Assembly (NCBI GenBank): GCA_964016885.1
Contig: OZ024740.1
Span: 387,066,001 to 387,130,000 of the forward strand
DNA length: 64,000 nucleotides
Source: Eledone cirrhosa
Lineage: Eukaryota
Direction: 5' to 3'
Shown: in pieces, positions 17,700 through 31,600 of the stretch
How the letters are laid out: every line of letters begins with the position of its first letter
Position numbering within the stretch: the first letter of the stretch is position 1
Translations under genes and position numbers: made by a program
Notes under the pieces: model-generated
What the model was told of the DNA's origin: nothing
What the model saw: only the letters and a program-made list of their open reading frames with translations
Database searches by the model: none

Positions 17700-18716
17700 G
17701 TTAGCTTTTATCACCTCGTCCCAAATCTTCCTACTCCATAGCTTCCATCAACTTTGAGCGCTCAGTACCTTTTTATACAGCTAGCATCCTTCATATGCAT
17801 CACATGCCCATACCAGCACACTGCATCTGATCCTTCTTATGCCTAGTTTCTTTCACAGTTCATTTATGCTTTGCCGTTCACATATATTACTATTACACAT
17901 CCATCGAAGCATGCAAGCTTAATTTCTTTCTAATTGTCGCAGGTCTTCTGCACAAAGCACCCACGCCTCACTACTATGCATCATATAATCTGCTCTTCAT
18001 TTGAGCTAGCAGTGGTAGTAGCTCCCTGAACTTCTTCCATCCCATTCTCACTATGGCTACTGTACTTTCAGAACACCCACCTTCGCTGCTAATTTGGTCA
18101 TCCAGATAACAGAAGCTGTCTACTGCTTCTAAAGAAACTTCCCAGAATTTGATAATGTTTCCCATGGTCGTTTGCTACTTACAGCTCCCGTACAACGGCT
18201 ACATGTAAAACATATGTTCTTAGCTAAACTACCTGAGATCCCACTACATCTCTTGTGTACCCATAGTTTGCATTTGGGACAGAGGATGGTATTTCTACTT
18301 ACACCTTTCCTACACACTGAGCAAGGCCATTTCCCTGAAGGAATTAGGGCTCTGTTTTCCCTTCTACTTACTAGGACCTTAGTCTTTGTCAGGTTGACTT
18401 TAAGACCCTTTGTTTCTATGCCATGCTTCTAGGTTTAGAATTTCTTCTCTAATTCTGCCATAGATTCAGCTATAAGTTCAAGATCATCCGCATACAGGGT
18501 TCCCATGGGCAGCCAGTCTTAAACTCTTCTGTTATAGCCTGCAGAACGATATTAAACAGGAGAAGGCTAAGAACAGTCTTGTTGGATACCAACCTGCACA
18601 CTAAATTCTTCACTATAATCGTTAATCCTAACTTTGTTGACTGCTCCCTATACATGGCTTGTAAAGCCTCTACAAGCCATTCATCTACTCCTAGTTTTCT
18701 AAGAGCCCACCAGATT
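17700..18716 (-). pseudogene. Degraded RTE-type LINE fragment with Cys-rich (PHD-like) insert
   Basis: Broken frames give LLFNIVLQAITEEFKTGCPWE, PSGKWPCSVCRKGVSRNTILCPKCKLWVHKRCSG..FTCSRC, EAVDSFCYL, GWKKFRELLPLL. Confidence 0.8.
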
Positions 18717-18865
18717 ATGGCTCAAGTGACTCAAAAGATTTCTCCAGATCAACAAATGCTAAGTAAAGTGGCTTACTTTTACCTTGGTACTTTCCCTGTA
18801 GATGCTTATATATAATGCATGTGTGTGTGTGTATGCTTATTTTTCTCAATGCTACATCCCTTTAT

Positions 18866-19025
18866 CTCATCATCATCATCGTTTAATGTCTATTTTCCAT
18901 GCTAGCATGGGTTAGACGGGTTTGTCCCATTAGAGACAAGTTGTGTCAGGTGACCGTGTCTTGCTCATATAGGACTGTTTCTGGCTAGTTTTCTAAGGCT
19001 GGATGCCCTTCCTAATGCCAACCAT
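18866..19025 (-). mobile_element. 3' part of a SINE/RTE-tail repeat with (GAT)n tail
   Basis: CATCATCATCATCGTTTAATGTC...TTCCATGCTAGCATGGG...GGATGCCCTTCCTAATGCCAACC. Confidence 0.55.
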
Positions 19026-19632
19026 GTCAAAAACGATAACTTAGCCTTTCGATAAAATTAGTACAACTAAAATATATACTGGAATTGATATGATTGCCTC
19101 AAACCTTTGAAGGTGGTACTGCACTCTAATGACTGGAACAAGTGAAAACAAAATAGATATTAGGTATTCTATTTTATATATAAAATTGATGTGTATGTTG
19201 GTATTGTCTTGCTGCAAGATCTGCAAATATGAGACAAGAGCACTACCATTTATGTGTAAATGGTAGCGCACTTGTCCAGCAAACAAATTGTGTGGGTTCA
19301 CCCTTCATGTGTACTGATGCTCATTTTTCTCCATTCAGTTGGCTTATAAGCCCCGTTATTATATTAGAGTATTTTATTTGGTCTAAGTTAGTGAAATCTA
19401 ATTCAATTTTCAAATTCTGCTCGCCGTTTTCTTGGCACACACATTTCAATATATAATTAAAACGAGACTGAGACACCTAGATTGTGGATCCTTCGACTGC
19501 AGCCCACCCCCTATGTATGTCTGGTACTGGAGTTATTCATCTCATGGGATATAGTAGTCAGCAAATTCTGTATAATGTATGTATGAATGTAGATTGTGCT
19601 TTTGTATCAGCTGACTTTTAAATAGACGAATG

Positions 19633-22600
19633 GAGAGAGGCAGGCAGTACGGATGGTAAGATAGAGAGAGACAGGCAGTAGGAATGGTATGATAGAGAGA
19701 GGCAGGCAGTAGGAATGGTATGATAGAGAGAGGCAGGCAGTAGGAATGGTATGATAGAGAGAGACAGGCAGTAGGAATGGTATGATAGAGAGAGACAGGC
19801 AGTAGGAATGGTATGATAGAGAGAGGCAGGCAGTAGGAATGGTATGATAGAGAGAGGCAGGCAGTAGGAATGGTATGATAGAGAGAGACAGGCAATAGGA
19901 ATGGTATGATAGAGAGAGGCAGGCAATAGGAATGGTACGAGAGAGAGAGACAGGCAGTAGGAATGGTATGATAGAGAGAGGCAGGCAGTAGGAATGGTAT
20001 GATAGAGAGAGGCAGGCAGTAGGAATGGTATGATAGAGAGAGGCAGGCAATAGGAATGGTATGATAGAGAGAGGCAGGCAGTAGGAATGGTATGATAGAG
20101 AGAGGCAGGCAGTAGGAATGGTATGATAGAGAGAGGCAGGCAATAGGAATGGTATGATAGAGAGAGACAGGCAGTAGGAATGGTACGATAGAGAGAGACA
20201 GGCAGTAGGAATGGTATGATAGAGAGAGACAGGCAGTAGGAATGGTATGATAGAGAGAGACAGGCAGTAGGAATGGTATGATAGAGAGAGACAGGCAATA
20301 GGAATGGTATGATAGCGAGAGACAGGCAGTAGGAATGGTATGATAGAGAGAGACAGGCAGTAGGAATGGTATGATAGAGAGAGACAGGCAGTAGGAATGG
20401 TATGATAGAGAGAGGCAGGCAATAGGAATGGTATGATAGAGAGAGGCAGGCAATAGGAATGGTATGATAGAGAGAGGCAGGCAGTAGGAATGGTATGATA
20501 GAGAGAGGCAGGCAGTAGGAATGGTATGATAGAGAGAGACAGGCAGTAGGAATGGTATGATAGAGAGAGGCAGGCAATAGGAATGGTATGATAGAGAGGG
20601 GCAGGCAGTAGGAATGGTATGATAGAGAGAGACAGGCAGTAGGAATGGTATGATAGAGAGAGACAGGCAGTAGGAATGGTACGAGAGAGAGGCAGGCAGT
20701 AGGAATGGTATGATAGAGAGAGACAGGCAGTAGAAATGGTATGATAGAGAGAGGCAGGCAGTAGGAATGGTATGAGAGAGAGGCAGGCAGTAGGAATGGT
20801 ATGATAGAGAGAGGCAGGCAGTAGGAATGGTATGATAGAGAGAGACAGGCAGTAGGAATGGTACGATAGAGAGAGACAGGCAGTAGGAATGGTACGAGAG
20901 AGACAGGCAGTAGGAATGGTATGATAGAGAGAGGCAGGCAATAGGAATGGTATGATAGAGAGAGGCAGGCAGTAGGAATGGTATGATAGAGAGGGGCAGG
21001 CAGTAGGAATGGTATGATAGAGAGAGACAGGCAGTAGGAATGGTATGATAGAGAGAGGCAGGCAGTAGGAATGGTATGATAGAGAGAGGCAGGCAGTAGG
21101 AATGGTATGATAGAGAGAGGCAGGCAGTAGGAATGGTATGAGAGAGAGGCAGGCAGTAGGAATGGTATGAGAGAGAGGCAGGCAGTAGGAATGGTATGAG
21201 AGAGAGGCAGGCAGTAGGAATGGTATGAGAGAGAGGCAGGCAGTAGGAATGGTATGAGAGAGAGGCAGGCAGTAGGAATGGTATGAGAGAGAGGCAGGCA
21301 GTAGGAATGCTATGATAGAGAGAGACAGGCACTAGGAATGGTATGATAGAGAGAGACAGGCAGTAGGAATGGTATGATAGAGAGAGACAGGCAGTAGGAA
21401 TGGTATGATAGAGAGAGACAGGCAGTAGGAATGGTACGATAGAGAGAGGCAGGCAGTAGGAATGGTATGATAGAGAGAGACAGGCAGTAGGAATGGTATG
21501 ATAGAGAGAGACAGGCAGTAGGAATGGTATGATAGAGAGAGACAGGCAGTAGGAATGGTATGATAGAGAGAGACAGGCAGTAGGAATGGTACGATAGAGA
21601 GAGACAGGCAGTAGGAATGGTACGATAGAGAGAGACAGGCAGTAGGAATGGTATGATAGAGAGAGACAGGCAGTAGGAATGGTACGATAGAGAGAGACAG
21701 GCAGTAGGAATGGTACGATAGAGAGAGACAGGCAGTAGGAATGGTACGATAGAGAGAGACAGGCAGTAGGAATGGTATGATAGAGAGAGACAGGCAGTAG
21801 GAATGGTACGATAGAGAGAGACAGGCAGTAGGAATGGTACGATAGAGAGAGACAGGCAGTAGGAATGGTACGATAGAGAGAGACAGGCAGTAGGAATGGT
21901 ATGATAGAGAGAGACAGGCAGTAGGAATGGTACGATAGAGAGAGACAGGCAGTAGGAATGGTACGATAGAGAGAGACAGGCAGTAGGAATGGTACGATAG
22001 AGAGAGACAGGCAGTAGGAATGGTATGATAGAGAGAGACAGGCAGTAGGAATGGTACGATAGAGAGAGACAGGCAGTAGGAATGGTACGATAGAGAGAGG
22101 CAGGCAGTAGGAATGGTATGATAGAGAGAGGCAGGCAGTAGGAATGGTATGATAGAGAGAGACAGGCAGTAGGAATGGTATGATAGAGAGAGACAGGCAG
22201 TAGGAATGGTATGATAGAGAGAGACAGGCAGTAGGAATGGTATGATAGAGAGAGACAGGCAGTAGGAATGGTATGATAGAGAGGGGCAGGCAGTAGGAAT
22301 GGTATGATAGATAGAGGCAGGCAGTAGGAATGGTATGATAGAGAGGGGCAGGCAGTAGGAATGGTATGATAGAGAGGGGCAGGCAGTAGGGATGGTACGA
22401 TAGAGAGAGGCAGGCAGTAGGAATGGTATGAGAGAGAGGCAGGCAGTAGGAATGGTATGAGAGAGAGGCAGGCAGTAGGAATGGTATGATAGAGAGAGGC
22501 AGGCAGTAGGAATGGTATGAGAGAGAGAGACAGGCAGTAGGAATGGTATGATAGAGAGAGACAGGCAGTAGGAATGGTATGATAGAGAGAGACAGGCAGT

Positions 22601-25600
22601 AGGAATGGTATGATAGAGAGAGACAGGCAGTAGGAATGGTATGATAGAGAGAGACAGGCAGTAGGAATGGTATGATAGAGAGAGACAGGCAGTAGGAATG
22701 GTATGATAGAGAGAGACAGGCAGTAGGAATGGTATGATAGAGAGAGACAGGCAGTAGGAATGGTATGATAGAGAGAGACAGGCAGTAGGAATGGTATGAT
22801 AGAGAGAGACAGGCAGTAGGAATGGTATGATAGAGAGAGACAGGCAGTAGGAATGGTATGATAGAGAGAGACAGGCAGTAGGAATGGTATGATAGAGAGA
22901 GACAGGCAGTAGGAATGGTATGATAGAGAGAGACAGGCAGTAGGAATGGTATGATAGAGAGGGGCAGGCAGTAGGAATGGTATGATAGATAGAGGCAGGC
23001 AGTAGGAATGGTATGATAGAGAGGGGCAGGCAGTAGGAATGGTATGATAGAGAGGGGCAGGCAGTAGGGATGGTACGATAGAGAGAGGCAGGCAGTAGGA
23101 ATGGTATGAGAGAGAGGCAGGCAGTAGGAATGGTATGAGAGAGAGGCAGGCAGTAGGAATGGTATGATAGAGAGAGGCAGGCAGTAGGAATGGTATGAGA
23201 GAGAGGCAGGCAGTAGGAATGGTATGAGAGAGAGGCAGGCAGTAGGAATGGTATGAGAGAGAGGCAGGCAGTAGGAATGGTATGAGAGAGAGGCAGGCAG
23301 TAGGAATGGTATGAGAGAGAGGCAGGCAGTAGGAATGGTATGAGAGAGAGGCAGGCAGTAGGAATGCTATGATAGAGAGACAGGCACTAGGAATGGTATG
23401 ATAGAGAGAGACAGGCAGTAGGAATGGTATGATAGAGAGAGACAGGCAGTAGGAATGGTATGATAGAGAGAGACAGGCAGTAGGAATGGTACGATAGAGA
23501 GAGGCAGGCAGTAGGAATGGTATGATAGAGAGAGACAGGCAGTAGGAATGGTATGATAGAGAGAGACAGGCAGTAGGAATGGTATGATAGAGAGAGACAG
23601 GCAGTAGGGAAGGTATGATAGAGAGAGGCAGGCAGTAGGAATGGTATGATAGAGAGAGGCACGCAGTAGGAATGGTATGATAGAGAGAGGCAGGCAGTAG
23701 GAATGGTATGATAGAGAGAGGCAGGCAGTAGGAATGGTATGATAGAGAGAGGCAGGCAGTAGGAATGGTACGATAGAGAGGGGCAGGCAGTAGGAATGGT
23801 ACGATAGAGAGAGGCAGGCAGTAGGAATGGTATGATAGATAGAGGCAGGCAGTAGGAATGGTATGATAGAGAGAGACAGGCAGTAGGAATGGTATGATAG
23901 AGAGAGACAGGCAGTAGGAATGGTATGATAGAGAGGGGCAGGCAGTAGGAATGGTATGATAGATAGAGGCAGGCAGTAGGAATGGTATGATAGAGAGAGA
24001 CAGGCAGTAGGAATGGTATGATAGAGAGAGGCAGGCAGTAGGAATGGTATGATAGAGAGGGGCAGGCAGTAGGAATGGTACGATAGAGAGAGACAGGCAG
24101 TAGGGAAGGTATGATAGAGAGAGGCAGGCAGTAGGAATGGTATGATAGAGAGAGGCAGGCAGTAGGAATGGTATGATAGAGAGGGGCAGGCAGTAGGAAT
24201 GGTATGATAGATAGAGGCAGGCAGTAGGAATGGTATGATAGAGAGGGGCAGGCAGTAGGAATGGTATGATAGAGAGGGGCAGGCAGTAGGGATGGTACGA
24301 TAGAGAGAGGCAGGCAGTAGGAATGGTATGATAGATAGAGGCAGGCAGTAGGAATGGTATGATAGATAGAGGCAGGCAGTAGGAATGGTATGATAGAGAG
24401 GGGCAGGCAGTAGGAATGGTATGATAGAGAGAGGCAGGCAGTAGGAATGGTACGATAGAGAGAGACAGGCAGTAGGAATGGTATGATAGAGAGGGGCAGG
24501 CAGTAGGAATGGTATGATAGAGAGAGGCAGGCAGTAGGGAAGGTACGATAGAGAGAGACAGGCAGTAGGGAAGGTATGATAGAGAGAGGCAGGCAGTAGG
24601 AATGGTATGATAGAGAGGCGCAGGCAGTAGGAATGGTATGATAGATAGAGGCAGGCAGTAGGAATGGTATGATAGAGAGGGGCAGGCAGTAGGAATGGTA
24701 TGATAGAGAGGGGCAGGCAGTAGGAATGGTATGATAGAGAGAGGCAGGCAGTAGGGAAGGTACGATAGAGAGAGACAGGCAGTAGGGAAGGTATGATAGA
24801 GAGAGGCAGGCAGTAGGAATGGTATGATAGAGAGGCGCAGGCAGTAGGAATGGTATGATAGATAGAGGCAGGCAGTAGGAATGGTATGATAGAGAGGGGC
24901 AGGCAGTAGGAATGGTATGATAGAGAGGGGCAGGCAGTAGGAATGGTATGATAGAGAGAGGCAGGCAGTAGGGAAGGTACGATAGAGAGAGACAGGCAGT
25001 AGGGAAGGTATGATAGAGAGAGGCAGGCAGTAGGAATGGTATGATAGAGAGGCGCAGGCAGTAGGAATGGTATGATAGATAGAGGCAGGCAGTAGGAATG
25101 GTATGATAGAGAGGGGCAGGCAGTAGGAATGGTATGATAGAGAGGGGCAGGCAGTAGGGATGGTACGATAGAGAGAGGCAGGCAGTAGGAATGGTATGAT
25201 AGAGAGAGGCAGGCAGTAGGAATGGTATGATAGAGAGAGGCAGGCAGTAGGAATGGTATGATAGAGAGAGGCAGGTAGTAGGAATGTTATGATAGAGAGA
25301 GACAGGCAGTAGGAATGGTATGATAGAGAGAGACAGGCAGTAGGGATGGTACGATAGAGAGAGGCAGGCAGTAGGAATGGTATGATAGAGAGAGGCAGGC
25401 AGTAGGAATGGTATGATAGAGAGAGACAGGCAGTAGGAATGGTATGATAGAGAGAGACAGGCAGTAGGAATGGTATGATAGAGAGAGACAAGCAGTAGGG
25501 ATGGTATGATAGAGAGAGACAGGCAGTAGGAATGGTACGATAGAGAGAGGCAGGCAGTAGGAATGGTATGATAGAGAGAGGCAGGCAGTAGGAATTGTAT

Positions 25601-28600
25601 GATAGAGAGAGACAGGCAGTAGGGATGGTATGATAGAGAGAGACAGGCAGTAGGAATGATATGATAGAGAGAGACAAGCAGTAGGGATGGTATGATAGAG
25701 AGAGACAGGCAGTAGGGATGGTATGATAGAGAGAGACAGGCAGTAGGAATGGTACGATAGAGAGAGGCAGGCGGTAGGAATGGTACGATAGAGAGAGGCA
25801 GGCAGTAGGAATGGTATCATAGAGAGAGGCAGGCAGTAGGAATGGTATGATAGAGAGAGGCAGGCAGTAGGAATGGTATGATAGAGAGAGGCAGGCAGTA
25901 GGAATGGTACGATAGAGAGAGGCAGGTAGTAGGAATGGTATGATAGAGAGGGGCAGGCAGTAGGAATGGTATGATAGAGAGAGACAGGCAGTAGGAATGG
26001 TATGATAGAGAGAGGCAGGTAGTAGGAATGGTACGATAGAGGGGCAGGCAGTAGGAATGGTACGATAGAGAGAGGCAGGCAGTAGGAATGGTATCATAGA
26101 GAGAGGCAGGTAGTAGGAATGGTATCATAGAGAGGGGTTGGTAGTAGGGATGGTACGATAGAGAGAGGCAGGCAGTAGGAATGGTGTGATAGAGAGAGAC
26201 AGGCAGTAGGAATGGTATGATAGAGAGAGGCAGGCAGTAGGAATGGTATGATAGAGAGGGGCAGGCAGTAGGAATGGTATGATAGAGAGAGGCAGGCAGT
26301 AGGAATGGTATGATAGAGAGGGGCAGGCAGTAGGAATGGTATGATAGAGAGAGACAGGCAGTAGGAATGGTATGATAGAGAGGGGCAGGCAGTAGGGATG
26401 GTATCATAGAGAGGGGTTGGTAGTAGGGATGGTACGATAGAGAGAGGCAGGTAGTAGGAATGGTATGATAGAGAGGGGCAGGCAGTAGGAATGGTACGAT
26501 AGAGAGAGGCAGGTAGTAGGAATGGTACGATAGAGAGAGGCAGGCAGTAGGGAAGGTATGATAGAGAGAGGCAGGCAGTAGGAATGGTACGATAGAGAGA
26601 GGCAGGCAGTAGGGAAGGTATGATAGAGAGAGGCAGGCAGTAGGAATGGTATGATAGAGAGAGACAGGCAGTAGGAATGGTATGATAGAGAGAGGCAGGC
26701 AGTAGGAATGGTATGATAGAGAGAGACAGGCAATAGGAATGGTATGATAGAGAGGGGCAGGCAGTAGGAATGGTACGATAGAGAGAGGCAGGCAGTAGGA
26801 ATGGTATGATAGAGAGGGGCAGGCAGTATGAATGGTACGATAGAGAGAGGCAGGCAGTAGGAATGGTACGATAGAGAGAGGCAGGCAGTAGGAATGGTAT
26901 GATAGAGAGGGGCAGGCAGTAGGAATGGTACGATAGAGAGAGAGGTAGGCAGTAGGAATGGTATGATAGAGAAAGACAGGCAGTAGGAATGGTATGATAG
27001 AGAGAGGCAGGCAGTAGGAATGGTATGATAGAGAGGCAGGCAGTAGGAATGGTACGATAGAGGGGGGTTGGTAGTAGGAATGGTATGATAGAGAGGGGCA
27101 GGCAGTAGGAATGGTATGATAGAGAGAGGCAGGCAGTAGGAATGGTATGATAGAGAGGGGCAGGCAGTAGGAATGGTATGATAGAGAGGCAGGCAGTAGG
27201 AATGGTACGATAGAGGGGGGTTGGTAGTAGGAATGGTATGATAGAGAGGGGCAGGCAGTAGGAATGGTACGATAGAGAGAGGCAGGTAGTAGGAATGGTA
27301 TGATAGAGAGAGGCAGGCAGTAGGAATGGTATGATAGAGAGGCAGGCAGTAGGAATGGTACGATAGAGGGGCAGGCAGTAGGAATGATATGATAGAGAGG
27401 GGCAGGCAGTAGAAATGGTACGATAGAGAGAGGCAGGCAGTAGGAATGGTATGATAGAGAGAGGCAGGCAGTAGGAATGGTACGATAGAGAAAGACAGGC
27501 AGTAGGAATGGTACGATAGAGGGGCAGGCAGTAGGAATGGTATGATAGAGAGAGGCAGGCAGTAGGAATGGTATGATAGAGAGAGACAGGCAGTAGGAAT
27601 GGTACGATAGAGGGGCAGGCAGTAGGAATGGTATGATAGAGAGAGGCAGGCAGTAGGAATGGTACGATAGAGGGGCAGGCAGTAGGAATGGTACGATAGA
27701 GGGGCAGGCAGTAGGAATGGTACGATAGAGGGGCAGGCAGTAGGAATGGTATGATAGAGAGAGACAGGCAGTCGGAATGATACGATAGAGACAGGCAGTA
27801 GGAATTGTATGATAGAGAGAGGCAGGCAGTAGGGATGGTATCATAGAGAGGGGTTGGTAGTAGGAATGGTACGATAGAGAGAGACAGGCAGTAGGAATGG
27901 TATGATAGAGAGGGGCAGGCAGTAGGAATGGTACGATAGAGAGGGGCAGGCAGTATGAATGGTACGATAGAGAGAGGCAGGCAGTAGGAATGGTATGATA
28001 GAGAGAGACAGGCAGTAGGAATGGTATGATAGAGAGGGGCAGGCAGTAGGAATGGTACGATAGAGAGGGGCAGGCAGTAGGAATGGTACGATAGAGAGAG
28101 ACAGGCAGTAGGAATGGTACGATAGAGAGGGGCAGGCAGTAGGAATGGTACGATAGAGAGGGGCAGGCAGTAGGAATGGTACGATAGAGAGAGGCAGGCA
28201 GTAGGAATGGTATGATAGAGAGAGGCAGGTAGTAGGAATGGTATGATAGAGAGGGGCAGGCAGTAGGAATGGTACGATAGAGAGAGACAGGCAGTAGGAA
28301 TGGTACGATAGAGAGGGGCAGGCAGTAGGAATGGTACGATAGAGAGAGGCAGGCAGTAGGAATGGTACGATAGAGAGGGACAGGCAGTAGGAATGGTACG
28401 ATAGAGAGAGACAGGCAGTAGGAATGGTATGATAGAGAGAGACAGGCAGTAGGAATGGTATGATAGAGAGAGACAGGCAGTAGGAATGGTATGATAGAGA
28501 GAGACAGGCAGTAGGAATGGTACGATAGAGAGAGACAGGCAGTAGGAATGGTACGATAGAGAGAGACAGGCAGTAGGAATGGTATGATAGAGAGAGACAG

Positions 28601-31600
28601 GCAGTAGGAATGGTACGATAGAGAGAGACAGGCAGTAGGAATGGTACGATAGAGAGAGACAGGCAGTAGGAATGGTATGATAGAGAGAGACAGGCAGTAG
28701 GAATGGTATGATAGAGAGGAGCAGGCAGTAGGAATGGTACGATAGAGAGAGACAGGCAGTAGGAATGGTACGATAGAGAGAGGCAGGCAGTAGGAATGGT
28801 ATGATAGAGAGGAGCAGGCAGTAGGAATGGTACGATAGAGAGAGACAGGCAGTAGGAATGGTACGATAGAGAGAGACAGGCAGTAGGAATGGTACGATAG
28901 AGAGAGACAGGCAGTAGGAATGGTACGATAGAGAGAGGCAGGCAGTAGGAATGGTATGATAGAGAGGAGCAGGCAGTAGGAATGGTACGATAGAGAGAGA
29001 CAGGCAGTAGGAATGGTATGAGAGAGAGGCAGGCAGTAGGAATGGTATGATAGAGAGAGACAGGCAGTAGGAATGGTACGATAGAGAGAGGCAGGCAGTA
29101 GGAATGGTATGATAGAGAGGAGCAGGCAGTAGGAATGGTACGATAGAGAGAGACAGGCAGTAGGAATGGTATGAGAGAGAGGCAGGCAGTAGGAATGGTA
29201 CGATAGAGAGAGACAGGCAGTAGGAATGGTATGAGAGAGAGGCAGGCAGTAGGAATGGTACGATAGAGAGAGACAGGCAGTAGGAATGGTACGATAGAGA
29301 GAGACAGGCAGTAGGAATGGTACGATAGAGAGAGGCAGGCAGTAGGAATGGTATGATAGAGAGGAGCAGGCAGTAGGAATGGTACGATAGAGAGAGACAG
29401 GCAGTAGGAATGGTATGAGAGAGAGGCAGGCAGTAGGAATGGTATGATAGAGAGGAGCAGGCAGTAGGAATGGTACGATAGAGAGAGACAGGCAGTAGGA
29501 ATGGTATGAGAGAGAGGCAGGCAGTAGGAATGGTACGATAGAGAGAGACAGGCAGTAGGAATGGTACGATAGAGAGAGACAGGCAGTAGGAATGGTACGA
29601 TAGAGAGAGGCAGGCAGTAGGAATGGTACGATAGAGAGAGACAGGCAGTAGGAATGGTACGATAGAGAGAGACAGGCAGTAGGAATGGTACGATAGAGAG
29701 AGACAGGCAGTAGGAATGGTACGATAGAGAGAGACAGGCAGTAGGAATGGTACGATAGAGAGAGACAGGCAGTAGGAATGGTATGATAGAGAGGAGCAGG
29801 CAGTAGGAATGGTACGATAGAGAGAGACAGGCAGTAGGAATGGTATGATAGAGAGAGGCAGGCAGTAGGAATGGTATGATAGAGAGGAGCAGGCAGTAGG
29901 AATGGTACGATAGAGAGAGACAGGCAGTAGGAATGGTACGATAGAGAGAGGCAGGCAGTAGGAATGGTATGATAGAGAGAGGCAGGCAGTAGGAATGGTA
30001 CGATAGAGAGAGGCAGGCAGTAGGAATGGTACGATAGAGAGAGGCAGGCAGTAGGAATGGTACGATAGAGAGAGGCAGGCAGAAGGGATGGTACGATAGA
30101 GAGAGGCAGGCAGTAGGAATGGTACGATAGAGAGAGGCAGGCAGTAGGAATGGTACGATAGAGAGAGACAGGCAATAGGAATGGTATGATAGCGAGAGAC
30201 AGGCAGTAGGAATGGTATGATAGAGAGGGGCAGGTAGTAGGAATGGTATGATAGAGAGGGGCAGGCAGTAGGGATGGTATCATAGAGAGGGGTAGGCAGT
30301 AGGAATGGTATGATAGCGAGAGACAGGCAGTAGGAATGGTATGATAGAGAGAGGCAGGCAGTAGGAATGGTACGATAGAGAGAGGCAGGCAGTAGGAATG
30401 GTATGATAGAGAGAGACAGGCAGTAGGAATGGTACGATAGAGAGAGGCAGGCAATAGGAATGGTACGATAGAGGGACAGGCAGTAGGAATGTTATGATAG
30501 AGAGAGGCAGGCAATAGGAATGGTATGATAGAGAGGGGCAGGCAGTAGGAATGGTATGATAGAGAGAGGCAGGTAGTAGGAATGGTATGATAGAGAGAGA
30601 CAGGCAGTAGGAATGGTATGATAGAGACAGGCAGGTAGTAGGAATGGTATGATAGAGAGAGACAGGCAGTAGGAATGGTATGATAGAGAGAGACAGGCAG
30701 TAGGAATGGTATGATAGAGAGAGACAGGCAATAGGAATGGTACGATAGAGGGACAGGCAGTAGGAATGGTATGATAGAGAGAGACAGGCAGTAGGAATGG
30801 TATGATAGAGAGAGACAGGCAGTAGGAATGGTATGATAGAGAGAGGCAGGCAATAGGAATGGTACGATAGAGAGAGGCAGGCAGTAGGAATGGTATGATA
30901 GAGAGAGGCAGGCAATAGGAATGGTATGATAGAGAGGCGCAGGCAGTAGGAATGGTATGATAAAGAGAGACAGGCAGTAGGAATGGTACGATAGAGAGAG
31001 GCAGGCAGTAGGAATGGTATGATAGAGAGAGGCAGGCAGTAGGAATGGTACGATAGAGAGAGACAGGCAGTAGGAATGGTATGATAGAGAGAGACAGGCA
31101 GTAGGAATGGTATGATAGAGAGAGACAGGCAGTAGGAATGGTACGATAGAGAGAGACAGGCAGTAGGGAAGGTACGATAGAGAGAGACAGGCAGTAGGGA
31201 AGGTATGATAGAGAGAGACAGGCAGTAGGAATGGTATGATAGAGAGAGACAGGCAGTAGGAATGGTATGATAGAGAGAGACAGGCAGTAGGAATGGTATG
31301 ATAGAGAGAGACAGGCAGTAGGAATGGTATGATAGAGAGAGACAGGCAGTAGGAATGGTATGATAGAGAGAGACAGGCAGTAGGAATGGTACGATAGAGA
31401 GAGACAGGCAGTAGGAATGGTATGATAGAGAGGGGCAGGCAGTAGGAATGGTACGATAGAGAGAGGCAGGCAGTAGGAATGGTATGATAGAGAGAGACAG
31501 GCAGTAGGAATGGTATGATAGAGAGAGACAGGCAGTAGGAATGGTATGATAGAGAGGGGCAGGCAGTAGGAATGGTACGATAGAGAGAGACAGGCAGTAG